DNA of 64,000 bases, taken from positions 124,001 to 188,000 of the forward strand of contig CBCOSG010000001.1 in assembly GCA_965112735.1 (NCBI GenBank), written 5' to 3'. The notes below the pieces were generated by a model. It worked only from the letters and a program-made list of their open reading frames with translations, made no database searches and was not told the origin of the DNA. Made by a program: the position numbers and the translations under genes. The DNA is from Phaeosaccion multiseriatum (lineage: Eukaryota; Protista; Ochrophyta, other classes). Shown here piece after piece: positions 21,011 through 30,593 of the stretch. How positions within the stretch are numbered: the first letter of the stretch is position 1; each line of letters begins with the position of its first letter.

Positions 21011-21032
21011 AATACTTGTAAAAAAGTAGAAA

Positions 21033-21127
21033 CCAAGATCGTACTGATATTTGTATGAAATTATACCATAGGTATTTATAACCTAATATGGAAGCCATTC
21101 GTCTGAATCAGGTAGGGGTAAAAAACC
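21033..21127 (+). pseudogene. nad9 5' remnant (leader plus about 24 codons)
   Basis: CCAAGATCGTACTGATATTTGTATGAAATT.TACCATAGGTATTTA.AACCTAATATGGAA matches 27094..27189. Confidence 0.9.
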
Positions 21128-21193
21128 TTGGGAAAGTAAGCAAAAAGAGAAAGAATACCTCCCAAGTCAAAATAGAGAAAATTTATACTTCCT

Positions 21194-22090
21194 ATGACCA
21201 CTAAAAAAATATTTATCAACCATCAGCTTGTTTTTGTTGAAGAATTTTCCTCAGTATTACAAGCATGTAGTAGTTTAGGCATAGAACTTCCTCGATTTTG
21301 TTATCATCCCTTATTAAATATCGCGGGAAATTGTCGTTCCTGTCTAGTAGAAGTTAGCCAAGGTCCAAAACCTCAGATGAGTTGTGCCTTCCCTATTTTA
21401 GGAGGCGGACGATTTTTTCTTCATAGTCCTTTGGTACGAAAAGCCCGAGAAACAGTTTTAGAGTTCAATCTAGTAAACCACCCTCTAGATTGCCCTATTT
21501 GTGACCAAGGAGGGGAATGCGATCTCCAAAATCAAAGCTTTCACTTCGGCAGTGACAAAACACGGTACGCTGAAGTAAAGCGTACGGTCAAAGAGACTTT
21601 TCTAGGTCTAGGTATAAAAAGTTTGATGACTCGTTGCATACATTGCACTCGCTGTGTGCGGTATTCTAAGGAATGGTTGGGAGACAGTAATTTGACTGCC
21701 AATGGCAGAGGCTCTCACATGATAGTCGAAGCTTACTCCTCAACTCCCTTAACCACTTTAGCCTCAGGCAACGTAATAGATCTATGCCCCGTAGGGGCAG
21801 GTCTAAAAAAGGTGGTTAAAATTCTTGGGGAGAGTTGGGATTTTGTCGTCCGCTTGTGGCGAGACCTTCCTTTGGTATTGGCTTATCTTTCACTTATAAT
21901 CTTATACACCTGCATTGGACTCCTCGGAGTCCGCCATATGTATGTGTATCTTGGCTGGGTCTATGCTACTTTTTTAGTAGTGTGGGGACTGTCACTTTAC
22001 AAACTATGGCGGTGGGAGCCGTATAAAATAATAGGACCATATTTGGTCCTTGTTTTGTACGTCACTTTTAAGATTTGGGTTTCCTCTTAG
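21194..22090 (+). CDS. nad11: Nad11 N-terminal Fe-S part (nad11a) fused to a 96-aa hydrophobic tail
   Basis: PRFCYHP..AGNCRSCLVE, HPLDCPICDQGGECDLQ, RCIHCTRCVR, DLCPVGA. Confidence 0.93.
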   Translation: MTTKKIFINHQLVFVEEFSSVLQACSSLGIELPRFCYHPLLNIAGNCRSCLVEVSQGPKPQMSCAFPILGGGRFFLHSPLVRKARETVLEFNLVNHPLDCPICDQGGECDLQNQSFHFGSDKTRYAEVKRTVKETFLGLGIKSLMTRCIHCTRCVRYSKEWLGDSNLTANGRGSHMIVEAYSSTPLTTLASGNVIDLCPVGAGLKKVVKILGESWDFVVRLWRDLPLVLAYLSLIILYTCIGLLGVRHMYVYLGWVYATFLVVWGLSLYKLWRWEPYKIIGPYLVLVLYVTFKIWVSS

Positions 22091-22149
22091 GAGCTGACAA
22101 GATTTTTCTTCCATTTGTGAAGTTTGTGACAAGCTTCAAGCAAAATAAA

Positions 22150-23822
22150 GAAAATCTTCACAAAGGGCATGGAGGGAATGCCTAGGGGCCCAGCCTCTGT
22201 AGACGTAGACAACAACGAAAGCTCGGAGGAAGGTCTTCGACCTGTGCACTTCGACCTTCTACCTTGGAAAACCATTCCGTTTGAGGAAAAACAGGCCAGT
22301 AAAGCCTGCAAAGAAGAGGGCAGACAAACTGAAACATCTAAGTAATCTGCTTAAGAGAAATCAACCGAGATACCGTAAGTAGCGGTGAGCGAAAACGGTG
22401 TAGGCTCTCTCCTAGACGACCTTGAAAGATCCAAATTAAAAAACGACTCCAGCTCAATAAAACATTGGATGGAGAAGAAAACCATAGAAGGTACAAGTCC
22501 CGTAGGGGAAGAAAAGGAGAGGATTCAAGTACTTTTCTGGCGATAGACAAGGAATATTGGGGAGCCATCCTCAAAGCCTAAATAGACTGGGCCACCCATA
22601 GTGAACAAGTATCGTGAGAGAAAGGTGAAACAGAGATTTCTGCTGTGAAATGTCCTGAAACTCCCTGCCTTTTAGGTGTTGAAGCTTTGTGGAAGTGACA
22701 GCCTACCTTTTGTATAATGGGTCAGTGAGTAAAAGATTAGGGGCAAGCTTAAGTTTAGGAAGGCAAAGGTCAATCGAGGAGTAAAACTTCGTGGAGTCCC
22801 AATTTTTTTTACCCGAAACCGACTGAGCTAAGATTGAACAGGTTGAAAAAGACAAGGCAACTTTCTTTGGAGGACCGAACCCGTGTATGTGGCAAAATAC
22901 TGGGATGATTTGATCTTAGGGGTGAAAGGCCAATCAAAGTCGGAGATAGCTGGTTTTCTGCGAAATCTATTGAAGTAGAGCGTCTTAATGGGAAATCCGG
23001 GGTAGAGCACTGTCGTAGGAAAGGGGAGGCAAAATCTTACTGACTTATGGCAAACTGCGAATACAGGATACGTCTTCAATCAAGGCAGACAGACCATGGG
23101 TGCGAAGGTCCTTGGTCAAAAGGGAAACAGCCCAGATTGATGGTTAAGGTCCCCAAAGGAAAGGAAGTGAAGAAGGAGGTGACGAGCTAAAGACAGCCAG
23201 GAGGTAGGCTTGGTAGCAGTCATCCTTTAAAGAATGCGTAACAGCTCACTGGTCGAAGTTTTTTGCGCCCACAATGTTTGGGACTAATCTTTCCTACCGA
23301 AGCCTCAAACCCTACAGGGTGGTAGCAGAACCTTCCGTAGGTCGAGGAAGATGAGGGGCAACCTTCATTGGAGATATCGGAATCGAGAATACTGACATGA
23401 GTAGCAACAAACCAGGAGGATCCTGGTGGCCTTAAATTCAAGGGTTTCCACGACAGATTTCTTCTTCGTGGGGGCTTGAGCTAATCTCAAGCCATAAAGA
23501 CGGTCCCTAAGACTGCTGACGAAAGCCAGGGTTGATGGGAGATCTTAGACAGGACGAAGCTGGCAGAGGAAGTAGAGGAGTATAGCTGGTCTCCTCTGCT
23601 TTAGCTCAGCTTCCAGGAAATACTTCTAGGAGCGGCACCGTATCGTAAACCGACACAGGTGAATGGGTGGAGTACACTCAGGCCTTTTGAGAGAACCGTG
23701 TTGAAGGAACTCGGCAAAATGACTCCGTGGCTTCGGTAGAAGGAGGAAGCCTTTGTAGGCTTGGCACTAAAGTGGGAGCGGCGACTGTTTAGTAAAAACA
23801 CAGGACTCTGCGAAGTTGTAAA

Positions 23823-23860
<38 letters not shown>

Positions 23861-23946
23861 CGGAAGACCCGAAAGTGGAAGCTTTTAGGGAGAATGCCCA
23901 GTAAACGGCGGCTGTAACTCTGACGGTCCTAAGGTAGCAAAACTGA

Positions 23947-23977
<31 letters not shown>

Positions 23978-24053
23978 TGTAACGACTGCTCCGCTGTCTC
24001 CAACACGGACTCAGTGAAATTCCCATGGTCGTGAAGAGGCGACCTCGCTGCAG

Positions 24054-24087
<34 letters not shown>

Positions 24088-24392
24088 TTTGAGCTGGGAA
24101 GCATGACATAGGTTGCGTAGTAGTAGGTGGGAGGTTATGCCGCAGATGAAAGACCACCCTCCTTCAGTCTAGCTTTCTTCACCTGACTTGGGACAGGCTC
24201 AGACGGGTAGTTTGGCTGGGACGGCAGCCTCCTAAAGAGTAACGGGGGTACGCAAAGGTACACCCTTCCATGAAGGAAGAAAAGGCGGAATGGCTTGATG
24301 TGTGCCTGACTGTAAGACTCACAAGTCGAACAGAGACGAAAGTCGGCCATACAGATCCGGTGGATGTGCATATGGGCACTTCACCGCTCATA

Positions 24393-24428
<36 letters not shown>

Positions 24429-24828
24429 TCTCGAGAGCTCCTATCGACGGAAGGGTTTGGCACCTCGATGTCGACTCATCACATCCTGGAGGAGAAAAAG
24501 CTTCCAAGGGTTGGGCTGTTCGCCCATGAAAGTGGTACGTGAGTTGGGTTTAGAACGTCGTGAGACAGTTTGGTCCCTATCTACTGTGGACAACAATCTA
24601 AGGGAAGAAATTCTAGTACGAGAGGACCGAATTTCGGGGATCCATGGTGTACCGGTTGTGTGAGCACATGCAGTGTCGGGTAGCTACATCTCTAGAAGAG
24701 AATGGCTGAAAGCATCTAAGCCAGAAACTTGTCCTCAAGCATTGTCTAGGCCTCGTTTTAGACGAAAACGTGAATAGGAGGGTAGTGAAAGTCGTGTAAG
24801 CGGTGTAGCTGATCCTTACTAATTAGGC
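22150..24828 (+). rRNA. rnl: Mitochondrial large subunit rRNA, no introns seen (ends approximate)
   Basis: GAAACATCTAAGTA, GGTCCTAAGGTAGC, GGGATAACAGGCTGAT, CACCTCGATGTCG, sarcin-ricin loop AGTACGAGAGGAC. Confidence 0.97.
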
Positions 24829-24830
24829 TT

Positions 24831-25689
24831 ATGATGTTTAAATACATGCTGCGTCGTATGTGGAAACGAATAACAGATTTGGATACAGAGGTTTGGTTTG
24901 TAATACTGTTTGTAGCCTACTTTTTAACCTTTGTCATTTCCTCCCTTGGACTGTTTGAGGGTAGGTTTGATATCGTGTGTTCACTAGTGCAATTCAGCGT
25001 CCATCTGGGGTGGATTTTTTACTACCATAAAGAGGTAATTTTACCCAAGTTTAGAAAGGATAAAACCCGGTGTAGAGAGGGCAGTTATGTCGCATCTCTT
25101 TACCAGGATAGTCTGGGACACGAAGGTTTGGCAAAAGTACAAACTCTCTTGTATTCGTCATTTATCCTCGGAATCGGTCTACCACCAAAATACTCTATTT
25201 TGTTTTATCTCATAGGTTTACTCTCCTTATTGGCCTGTCTCTATTTACTGCCGGCGTATGTGCGATCAACCACACGACTGTTTCAGGAGTGTTTTTTGAA
25301 TCCTGGAGTACTCCACGCTAAAGGGTTTACAAAAAAAAGAATAGTGTGGGAAGTGGCTGTAGAACACGGCAAAAGAATTCAAATAATTGTAGCGGGGGCT
25401 AGTGGCAGATGTGTGGGTCGGAAAGTTCTTTTACGGTCTAGATGGAAGGTCGTCGCTGCAAAATTTCTATTCTTCGACGTTCGATAACTTCACTGCGGAC
25501 ACTCAAGAGAGTGTCACGAAATTCCGGGCCCTCGAAAGCAGGAGAGTCCCCTCAGACCTGATGAAGACGGCGTCGGGGAAACTGGATATAGGAGCAATAG
25601 ATTGGCTTCTTCAAGAGTATAACGCGGCTCTTGATCATTACGGAGAACTATATAAGGCTCAACTTGAAGATCGAGTCGAAAAACCTTAA
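24831..25689 (+). CDS. orf285, paralogue of orf280; split by one extra G near 25398 in both arms
   Basis: The 218-aa and 95-aa ORFs align end to end with orf280. Confidence 0.75.
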
Positions 25690-25765
25690 TAGTGTAGAGA
25701 TAGGTAAGTTGCTAAAGGGGTATAATACCCCTAAGTAAATTATTTTGTCTTCTATGCTATTAAGC

Positions 25766-25838
25766 TATGGAATTATAAGTGAGTCTACTGCGCGAAGCTT
25801 AGGCAGTGGAGGTAGTTTGATTGGTAAAGTTTTTTAGA
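25766..25838 (+). pseudogene. rps8 3' remnant (third copy)
   Basis: TATGGAATTATAAGTGAGTCTACTGCGCGAAGCTTAGGCAGTGGAGGTAGTTTGATT identical to the rps8 3' end. Confidence 0.9.
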
Positions 25839-25868
25839 CCTAGGACTCACATAGTCTTTTCATACCAT

Positions 25869-25942
25869 GGTGGAGTAGAGCAGTTGGCCAGCTTGTTAGG
25901 CTCATGATCTAAAAGTCGTAGGTTCGAATCCTACCTCCGCCC
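25869..25942 (+). tRNA. trnM: tRNA-fMet(CAU), intact copy
   Basis: GGTGGAG/CTCCGCC, TAGAGCAG D-arm of initiator type, GTAGGTTCGAATCCTAC. Confidence 0.88.
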
Positions 25943-26109
25943 GTATGCATGAACGAATAAATCCCCAGTCTAACGAGGAAATCCTCGGTTTAAAGTCTTA
26001 ATCTGCTCATTAGTAGGTCCATCTGGGCTATATTCCCATTATAGCCAATAGCCATATAGGCCGATACTAGCTAAAATAAAGAGGATAGATAAATGGGTTT
26101 CTCTTGCAA

Positions 26110-26232
26110 GCTTCCGCCGAAGATACCTCTTTCGAAAGGGGTTAGAAGGCGGAAAAGGGTGATGCCAACCCCAAGGAAGCCGTGGCATTCAGTACTTGGC
26201 ATTTAAAAGTCTGATCCATTGGTGCTTAGAAA
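26110..26232 (+). ncRNA. Three-hairpin structured element B (error-rich in this arm)
   Basis: TTCCGCC..GGCGGAA; GATGCCA..TGGCATT; cleaner copy at 31470..31612. Confidence 0.3.
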
Positions 26233-26288
26233 ATTTGTAATAGGCCTCAATTTCTGTCCCGGCTGTTCAAATCTTACCAAATCCAAAT

Positions 26289-26628
26289 TTGCCTTACATA
26301 GCTTGTTCGTTATCCCCGTATACCTCAGTCCTCTCGTAGCAAATCTCCCGCTTTAGTCTTGCCCTAGGGCCTTTGTTTAAAAATTTACTAGCCTAACTCT
26401 GCCCTACGAAAGTTATGCCGAGTACGCCTAAGTACAGGCCGTCGAATCAGCGCCTACATTCCTGGCGAGGGCCACAACCTTCAGGAATTTAATTCTGTTT
26501 TGATTCGAGGAGGTCGAGCTAAAGATCTTCCTGGTGTCCGTTACCACGTCATTCGGGGCAAGTATGACTGTTTGGGTTTAATAAAGCGTACCACTTCTCG
26601 GTCCAAATATGGGGCCAGAAAACCATAA
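26289..26628 (+). CDS. rps12: Ribosomal protein S12 (many deletions in this arm)
   Basis: [20 protein letters not shown]; better copy at 31032..31400. Confidence 0.85.
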
Positions 26629-26631
26629 AAA

Positions 26632-27063
26632 ATGAGATTGAGCCAAAGTTCTGAAGGAAGTATTTTTTGTAAGCATCTCATTCGCCGCGGGGGTCGACTT
26701 CGAGCTCACAGCCTCGTAGGTAGCAGTCTGCGCTACCTCTACGAGCATCAACCGAAAAAGGCGGCTTATGTGTTTTTTCATGCTCTTCAACAGACTGAAC
26801 CTATGGCTCAGGGAAAAACTTTTCCTGGCCGAAGAAAAAAGCAAGCCAAAGTACGATGGATTTCTTTCCTCTCTGGAAAAAACGTCGTCAATACCTTAGT
26901 CTCCACTGGATTCTTCGTACGACTCCGAAGGGTCCACTATCTAAAAATCTAGGTTCTTCCTTGTAAAGCCAGTCAGTCGACTGGCGAAGCCACTTTTCTA
27001 AAGCAGGCTTATCATCAACAAAGTTTAGAAGGTCGGCCTTATGCCAACTATCGCTGGCACTAA
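26632..27063 (+). CDS. rps7: Ribosomal protein S7 (frameshifted in this arm)
   Basis: Mirror of intact 30594..31028. Confidence 0.8.
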
Positions 27064-27115
27064 AAACTGAATCGGCTTTTGTGTATTAGAGGGCCAAGAT
27101 CGTACTGATATTTGT

Positions 27116-27643
27116 ATGAAATTGTACCATAGGTATTTACAACCTAATATGGAAATTATTCCTCTGAGCCAGGTGCGGGTAAAAAACCAGGAGGTGTGCT
27201 GCTTATCTGCCTTTTCCTCCTCAGTGTTTTTCAACTTTGGTTTATCTAAAGTATCATACAAACACTGGGTATAAAATTTTATCTTGTATCTCGGAGTGGA
27301 TTACCCTTGCCGACAAAGTCGGTTGGAAGTGGTCTACGAAGTATTAAGTATCAAGTATAACCAACGCCTCCTGTTTGCGAACTCTGTTTCAACCTAAAAC
27401 CTTTAGATTTTTAGGTCTAGATTCAGTAACTAATATTTATATGGGCGCCAATTGGTGGGAAGAGAAGTTTGGGATATGTTTGGTATCCTTTTTGAAAATC
27501 ACCCCAGTTTACGGCGAATCTTAACGGATTACGGCTTTCAAGGCCATCCTTTACGAAAAGATTTCCCATTGACAGGCTACGAAGAACTTAGGTACGACGA
27601 TAGTGTGAAGAGAGTGGTAGGTAATCTTATCCAAAATTTATAG
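27116..27643 (+). CDS. nad9: NADH dehydrogenase subunit 9 (frameshifted in this arm)
   Basis: [22 protein letters not shown]; intact at 30014..30541. Confidence 0.92.
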
Positions 27644-27710
27644 AGGGAAAATATATTGGTTGTTGTGGACATTAGTGGGCCTGTATCATAAAGTTAAGCC
27701 AAACTTTGGT

Positions 27711-27778
27711 TGGAGTATAGCCAAGTGGAAAGGCAGCCGTTTTTGCGGCCATCCAAGGTTCAAATCCTTGTACTCCAT
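27711..27778 (+). tRNA. trnQ: tRNA-Gln(UUG) (3-nt deletion in this arm)
   Basis: TGGAGTATAGCCAAGTGG; intact at 29876..29946. Confidence 0.85.
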
Positions 27779-27791
27779 AAAGAATGCACAA

Positions 27792-27860
27792 TTGAATACT
27801 ATAGAGTCAATGCCTTGGATTGCAAATTCTATCAGGAGGATTTTATTTGGTTTCCAGCCT
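27792..27860 (+). pseudogene. Decayed tRNA-Cys copy
   Basis: CAATGCCTTGGATTGCAAAT identical to trnC at 20940; other arms eroded. Confidence 0.7.
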
Positions 27861-27875
27861 AGTTAGTAGATAAAT

Positions 27876-27944
27876 GCAGAAGTAACTCAGGTAGAGTAGA
27901 GCTTGCCAAGTTTGAAGCTGAGGGTTCAAATCCCTTCTTTTGCT
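27876..27944 (+). tRNA. trnG: tRNA-Gly(GCC)
   Basis: CTTGCCA loop; intact at 29706..29777. Confidence 0.85.
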
Positions 27945-28017
27945 GGGTCCATAGCTCAGTTGGAAGAGCATTGGCCTTCTAAGCCAAACGTCATAGGTTC
28001 GAGTCCTATTGGACCCT
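27945..28017 (+). tRNA. trnR: tRNA-Arg(UCU)
   Basis: TTGGC-CTTCTAA-GCCAA. Confidence 0.93.
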
Positions 28018-28247
28018 GATCAGCCACTCCCGGAGGTTTGTCTTCATCATAGGCTGACAAGCCTTTTCTAAATAGGGAAAACTAACTCCAATAAAATTAG
28101 TTGGATTATTTTCCTCCTTGATCTCAGTATTTCTAATTATCATTCTACTTATGTGTACAGGGGCTCAAATTTATATTCTTCTTATAGAGTTGAAGATTGA
28201 AGAGATATTTTTAGAAAGACCCAGCTGAATGTATTGTATCAAATCTT

Positions 28248-28763
28248 ATGCGCAAAAGACGACTTTATATATCCGACAAAGTTTGTTGTGTTATTGAAAA
28301 CCAAATTTTACGAATCGAAGGACCTTTGGGGGAAAAATCCTTAGTTCTTCCTCGTGGTTTAGGCCTCCGTTGGAGTCAAGGCCGTTTAGATTATCTACCA
28401 AATTGGCGACTGCGAAAACTAGAAGCTAGTTTCTACGACGTTTTAAAAAAAACCATCCAAGGAGTGCATCAAGGTTTTGTCTTACATTTAGATATTTTAG
28501 GTGTGGGATATAAAGCGGAGGTCCAAGATAAGGATTTACGCCTAAAATTGGGCAAAAGCAAAATAGATGTCATGGATTTAGGCTATGGTATTGATGTTAA
28601 ATGCCTAAAACCTCGACATATGTTTTTGCAAGCCGCAGAAGGAAATTTTCTCCGTCAAACTGCTGCTAATATCCGTAGTCTTCACCCTCCGGAAGTTTAT
28701 AAGCAAAAGGGCATTTTTTATCGAGGAGAAAAATCTGTGACCAAACAAGGGAAAGTAAATTAA
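28248..28763 (+). CDS. rpl6: Ribosomal protein L6
   Basis: GPLG, LDILGVGYKA, PPEVYKQKGIFY. Confidence 0.93.
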   Translation: MRKRRLYISDKVCCVIENQILRIEGPLGEKSLVLPRGLGLRWSQGRLDYLPNWRLRKLEASFYDVLKKTIQGVHQGFVLHLDILGVGYKAEVQDKDLRLKLGKSKIDVMDLGYGIDVKCLKPRHMFLQAAEGNFLRQTAANIRSLHPPEVYKQKGIFYRGEKSVTKQGKVN

Positions 28764-28807
28764 AGAATTACGCCTCTACATATGCTAAAGAAAAAAGATA
28801 GGGGGTC

Positions 28808-28842
28808 AAGGATTAGTAAAGACGGTACTACTAAAAGAGCTA
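28808..28842. other. 35-nt apex/spacer of the palindrome
   Basis: GATAGGGGGTC [AAGGATTAGTAAAGACGGTACTACTAAAAGAGCTA] GACCCCCTATC. Confidence 0.95.
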
Positions 28843-28886
28843 GACCCCCTATCTTTTTTCTTTAGCATATGTAGAGGCGTAATTCT

Positions 28887-29402
28887 TTAATTTACTTTCC
28901 CTTGTTTGGTCACAGATTTTTCTCCTCGATAAAAAATGCCCTTTTGCTTATAAACTTCCGGAGGGTGAAGACTACGGATATTAGCAGCAGTTTGACGGAG
29001 AAAATTTCCTTCTGCGGCTTGCAAAAACATATGTCGAGGTTTTAGGCATTTAACATCAATACCATAGCCTAAATCCATGACATCTATTTTGCTTTTGCCC
29101 AATTTTAGGCGTAAATCCTTATCTTGGACCTCCGCTTTATATCCCACACCTAAAATATCTAAATGTAAGACAAAACCTTGATGCACTCCTTGGATGGTTT
29201 TTTTTAAAACGTCGTAGAAACTAGCTTCTAGTTTTCGCAGTCGCCAATTTGGTAGATAATCTAAACGGCCTTGACTCCAACGGAGGCCTAAACCACGAGG
29301 AAGAACTAAGGATTTTTCCCCCAAAGGTCCTTCGATTCGTAAAATTTGGTTTTCAATAACACAACAAACTTTGTCGGATATATAAAGTCGTCTTTTGCGC
29401 AT
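28887..29402 (-). CDS. rpl6: Ribosomal protein L6 (mirror)
   Basis: Identical protein to 28248..28763. Confidence 0.93.
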   Translation of the reverse strand: MRKRRLYISDKVCCVIENQILRIEGPLGEKSLVLPRGLGLRWSQGRLDYLPNWRLRKLEASFYDVLKKTIQGVHQGFVLHLDILGVGYKAEVQDKDLRLKLGKSKIDVMDLGYGIDVKCLKPRHMFLQAAEGNFLRQTAANIRSLHPPEVYKQKGIFYRGEKSVTKQGKVN

Positions 29403-29632
29403 AAGATTTGATACAATACATTCAGCTGGGTCTTTCTAAAAATATCTCTTCAATCTTCAACTCTATAAGAAGAATATAAATTTGAGCCCCTGTACACATA
29501 AGTAGAATGATAATTAGAAATACTGAGATCAAGGAGGAAAATAATCCAACTAATTTTATTGGAGTTAGTTTTCCCTATTTAGAAAAGGCTTGTCAGCCTA
29601 TGATGAAGACAAACCTCCGGGAGTGGCTGATC

Positions 29633-29705
29633 AGGGTCCAATAGGACTCGAACCTATGACGTTTGGCTTAGAAGGCCAATGCTCTTCCAACTGAGCTATG
29701 GACCC
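29633..29705 (-). tRNA. trnR: tRNA-Arg(UCU) (mirror)
   Basis: Reverse complement of 27945..28017. Confidence 0.92.
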
Positions 29706-29777
29706 AGCAAAAGAAGGGATTTGAACCCTCAGCTTCAAACTTGGCAAGCTTGCACTCTACCTTTGAGTTACTTCTGC
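29706..29777 (-). tRNA. trnG: tRNA-Gly(GCC) (mirror, intact)
   Basis: CAAG-CTTGCCA-AGTTTG region, full cloverleaf. Confidence 0.9.
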
Positions 29778-29875
29778 ATTTATCTACTAACTAGGCTGGA
29801 AACCAAATAAAATCCTCCTGATAGAATTTGCAATCCAAGGCATTGACTCTATAGTATTCAATTGTGCATTCTTTT

Positions 29876-29946
29876 ATGGAGTACAAGGATTTGAACCTTG
29901 GATGGCCGCGCCAAAAACGGCTGCCTTTCCACTTGGCTATACTCCA
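29876..29946 (-). tRNA. trnQ: tRNA-Gln(UUG) (mirror, intact)
   Basis: GCCGT-TTTTGGC-GCGGC. Confidence 0.9.
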
Positions 29947-30013
29947 ACCAAAGTTTGGCTTAACTTTATGATACAGGCCCACTAATGTCCACAACAACCA
30001 ATATATTTTCCCT

Positions 30014-30541
30014 CTATAAATTTTGGATAAGATTACCTACCACTCTCTTCACACTATCGTCGTACCTAAGTTCTTCGTAGCCTGTCAATGGGAAATCTTT
30101 TCGTAAAGGATGGCCTTGAAAGCCGTAATCCGTTAAGATTCGCCGTAAACTGGGGTGATTTTCAAAAAGGATACCAAACATATCCCAAACTTCTCTTTCC
30201 CACCAATTGGCGCCCATATAAATATTAGTTACTGAATCTAGACCTAAAAATCTAAAGGTTTTAGGTTGAAACAGAGTTCGCAAACGGAGGCGTTGGTTAT
30301 ACTTGATACTTAATACTTCGTAGACCACTTCCAACCGACTTTGTCGGCAAGGGTAATCCACTCCGGAGATACAAGATAAAATTTTATACCCAGTGTTTGT
30401 ATGATACTTTAGATAAACCAAAGTTGAAAAACACTGAGGAGGAAAAGGCAGATAAGCGCACACCTCCTGGTTTTTTACCCGCACCTGGCTCAGAGGAATA
30501 ATTTCCATATTAGGTTGTAAATACCTATGGTACAATTTCAT
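30014..30541 (-). CDS. nad9: NADH dehydrogenase subunit 9
   Basis: [28 protein letters not shown]. Confidence 0.96.
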   Translation of the reverse strand: MKLYHRYLQPNMEIIPLSQVRVKNQEVCAYLPFPPQCFSTLVYLKYHTNTGYKILSCISGVDYPCRQSRLEVVYEVLSIKYNQRLRLRTLFQPKTFRFLGLDSVTNIYMGANWWEREVWDMFGILFENHPSLRRILTDYGFQGHPLRKDFPLTGYEELRYDDSVKRVVGNLIQNL

Positions 30542-30593
30542 ACAAATATCAGTACGATCTTGGCCCTCTAATACACAAAAGCCGATTCAGTTT

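Noticed and set aside
17339-24663. Many 60-141-aa ORFs overlapping rns and rnl, and their mirrors
   Set aside because: Incidental frames within rRNA; no LAGLIDADG, GIY-YIG or RT motifs, and the rRNAs appear uninterrupted
25972-26300. RNase P RNA, suggested by GAGGAAATCC and (in the mirror arm) CGGCTTAC
   Set aside because: The two motifs do not form a P4 helix; the first is part of a local hairpin and the second lies in the noisy rps12 start
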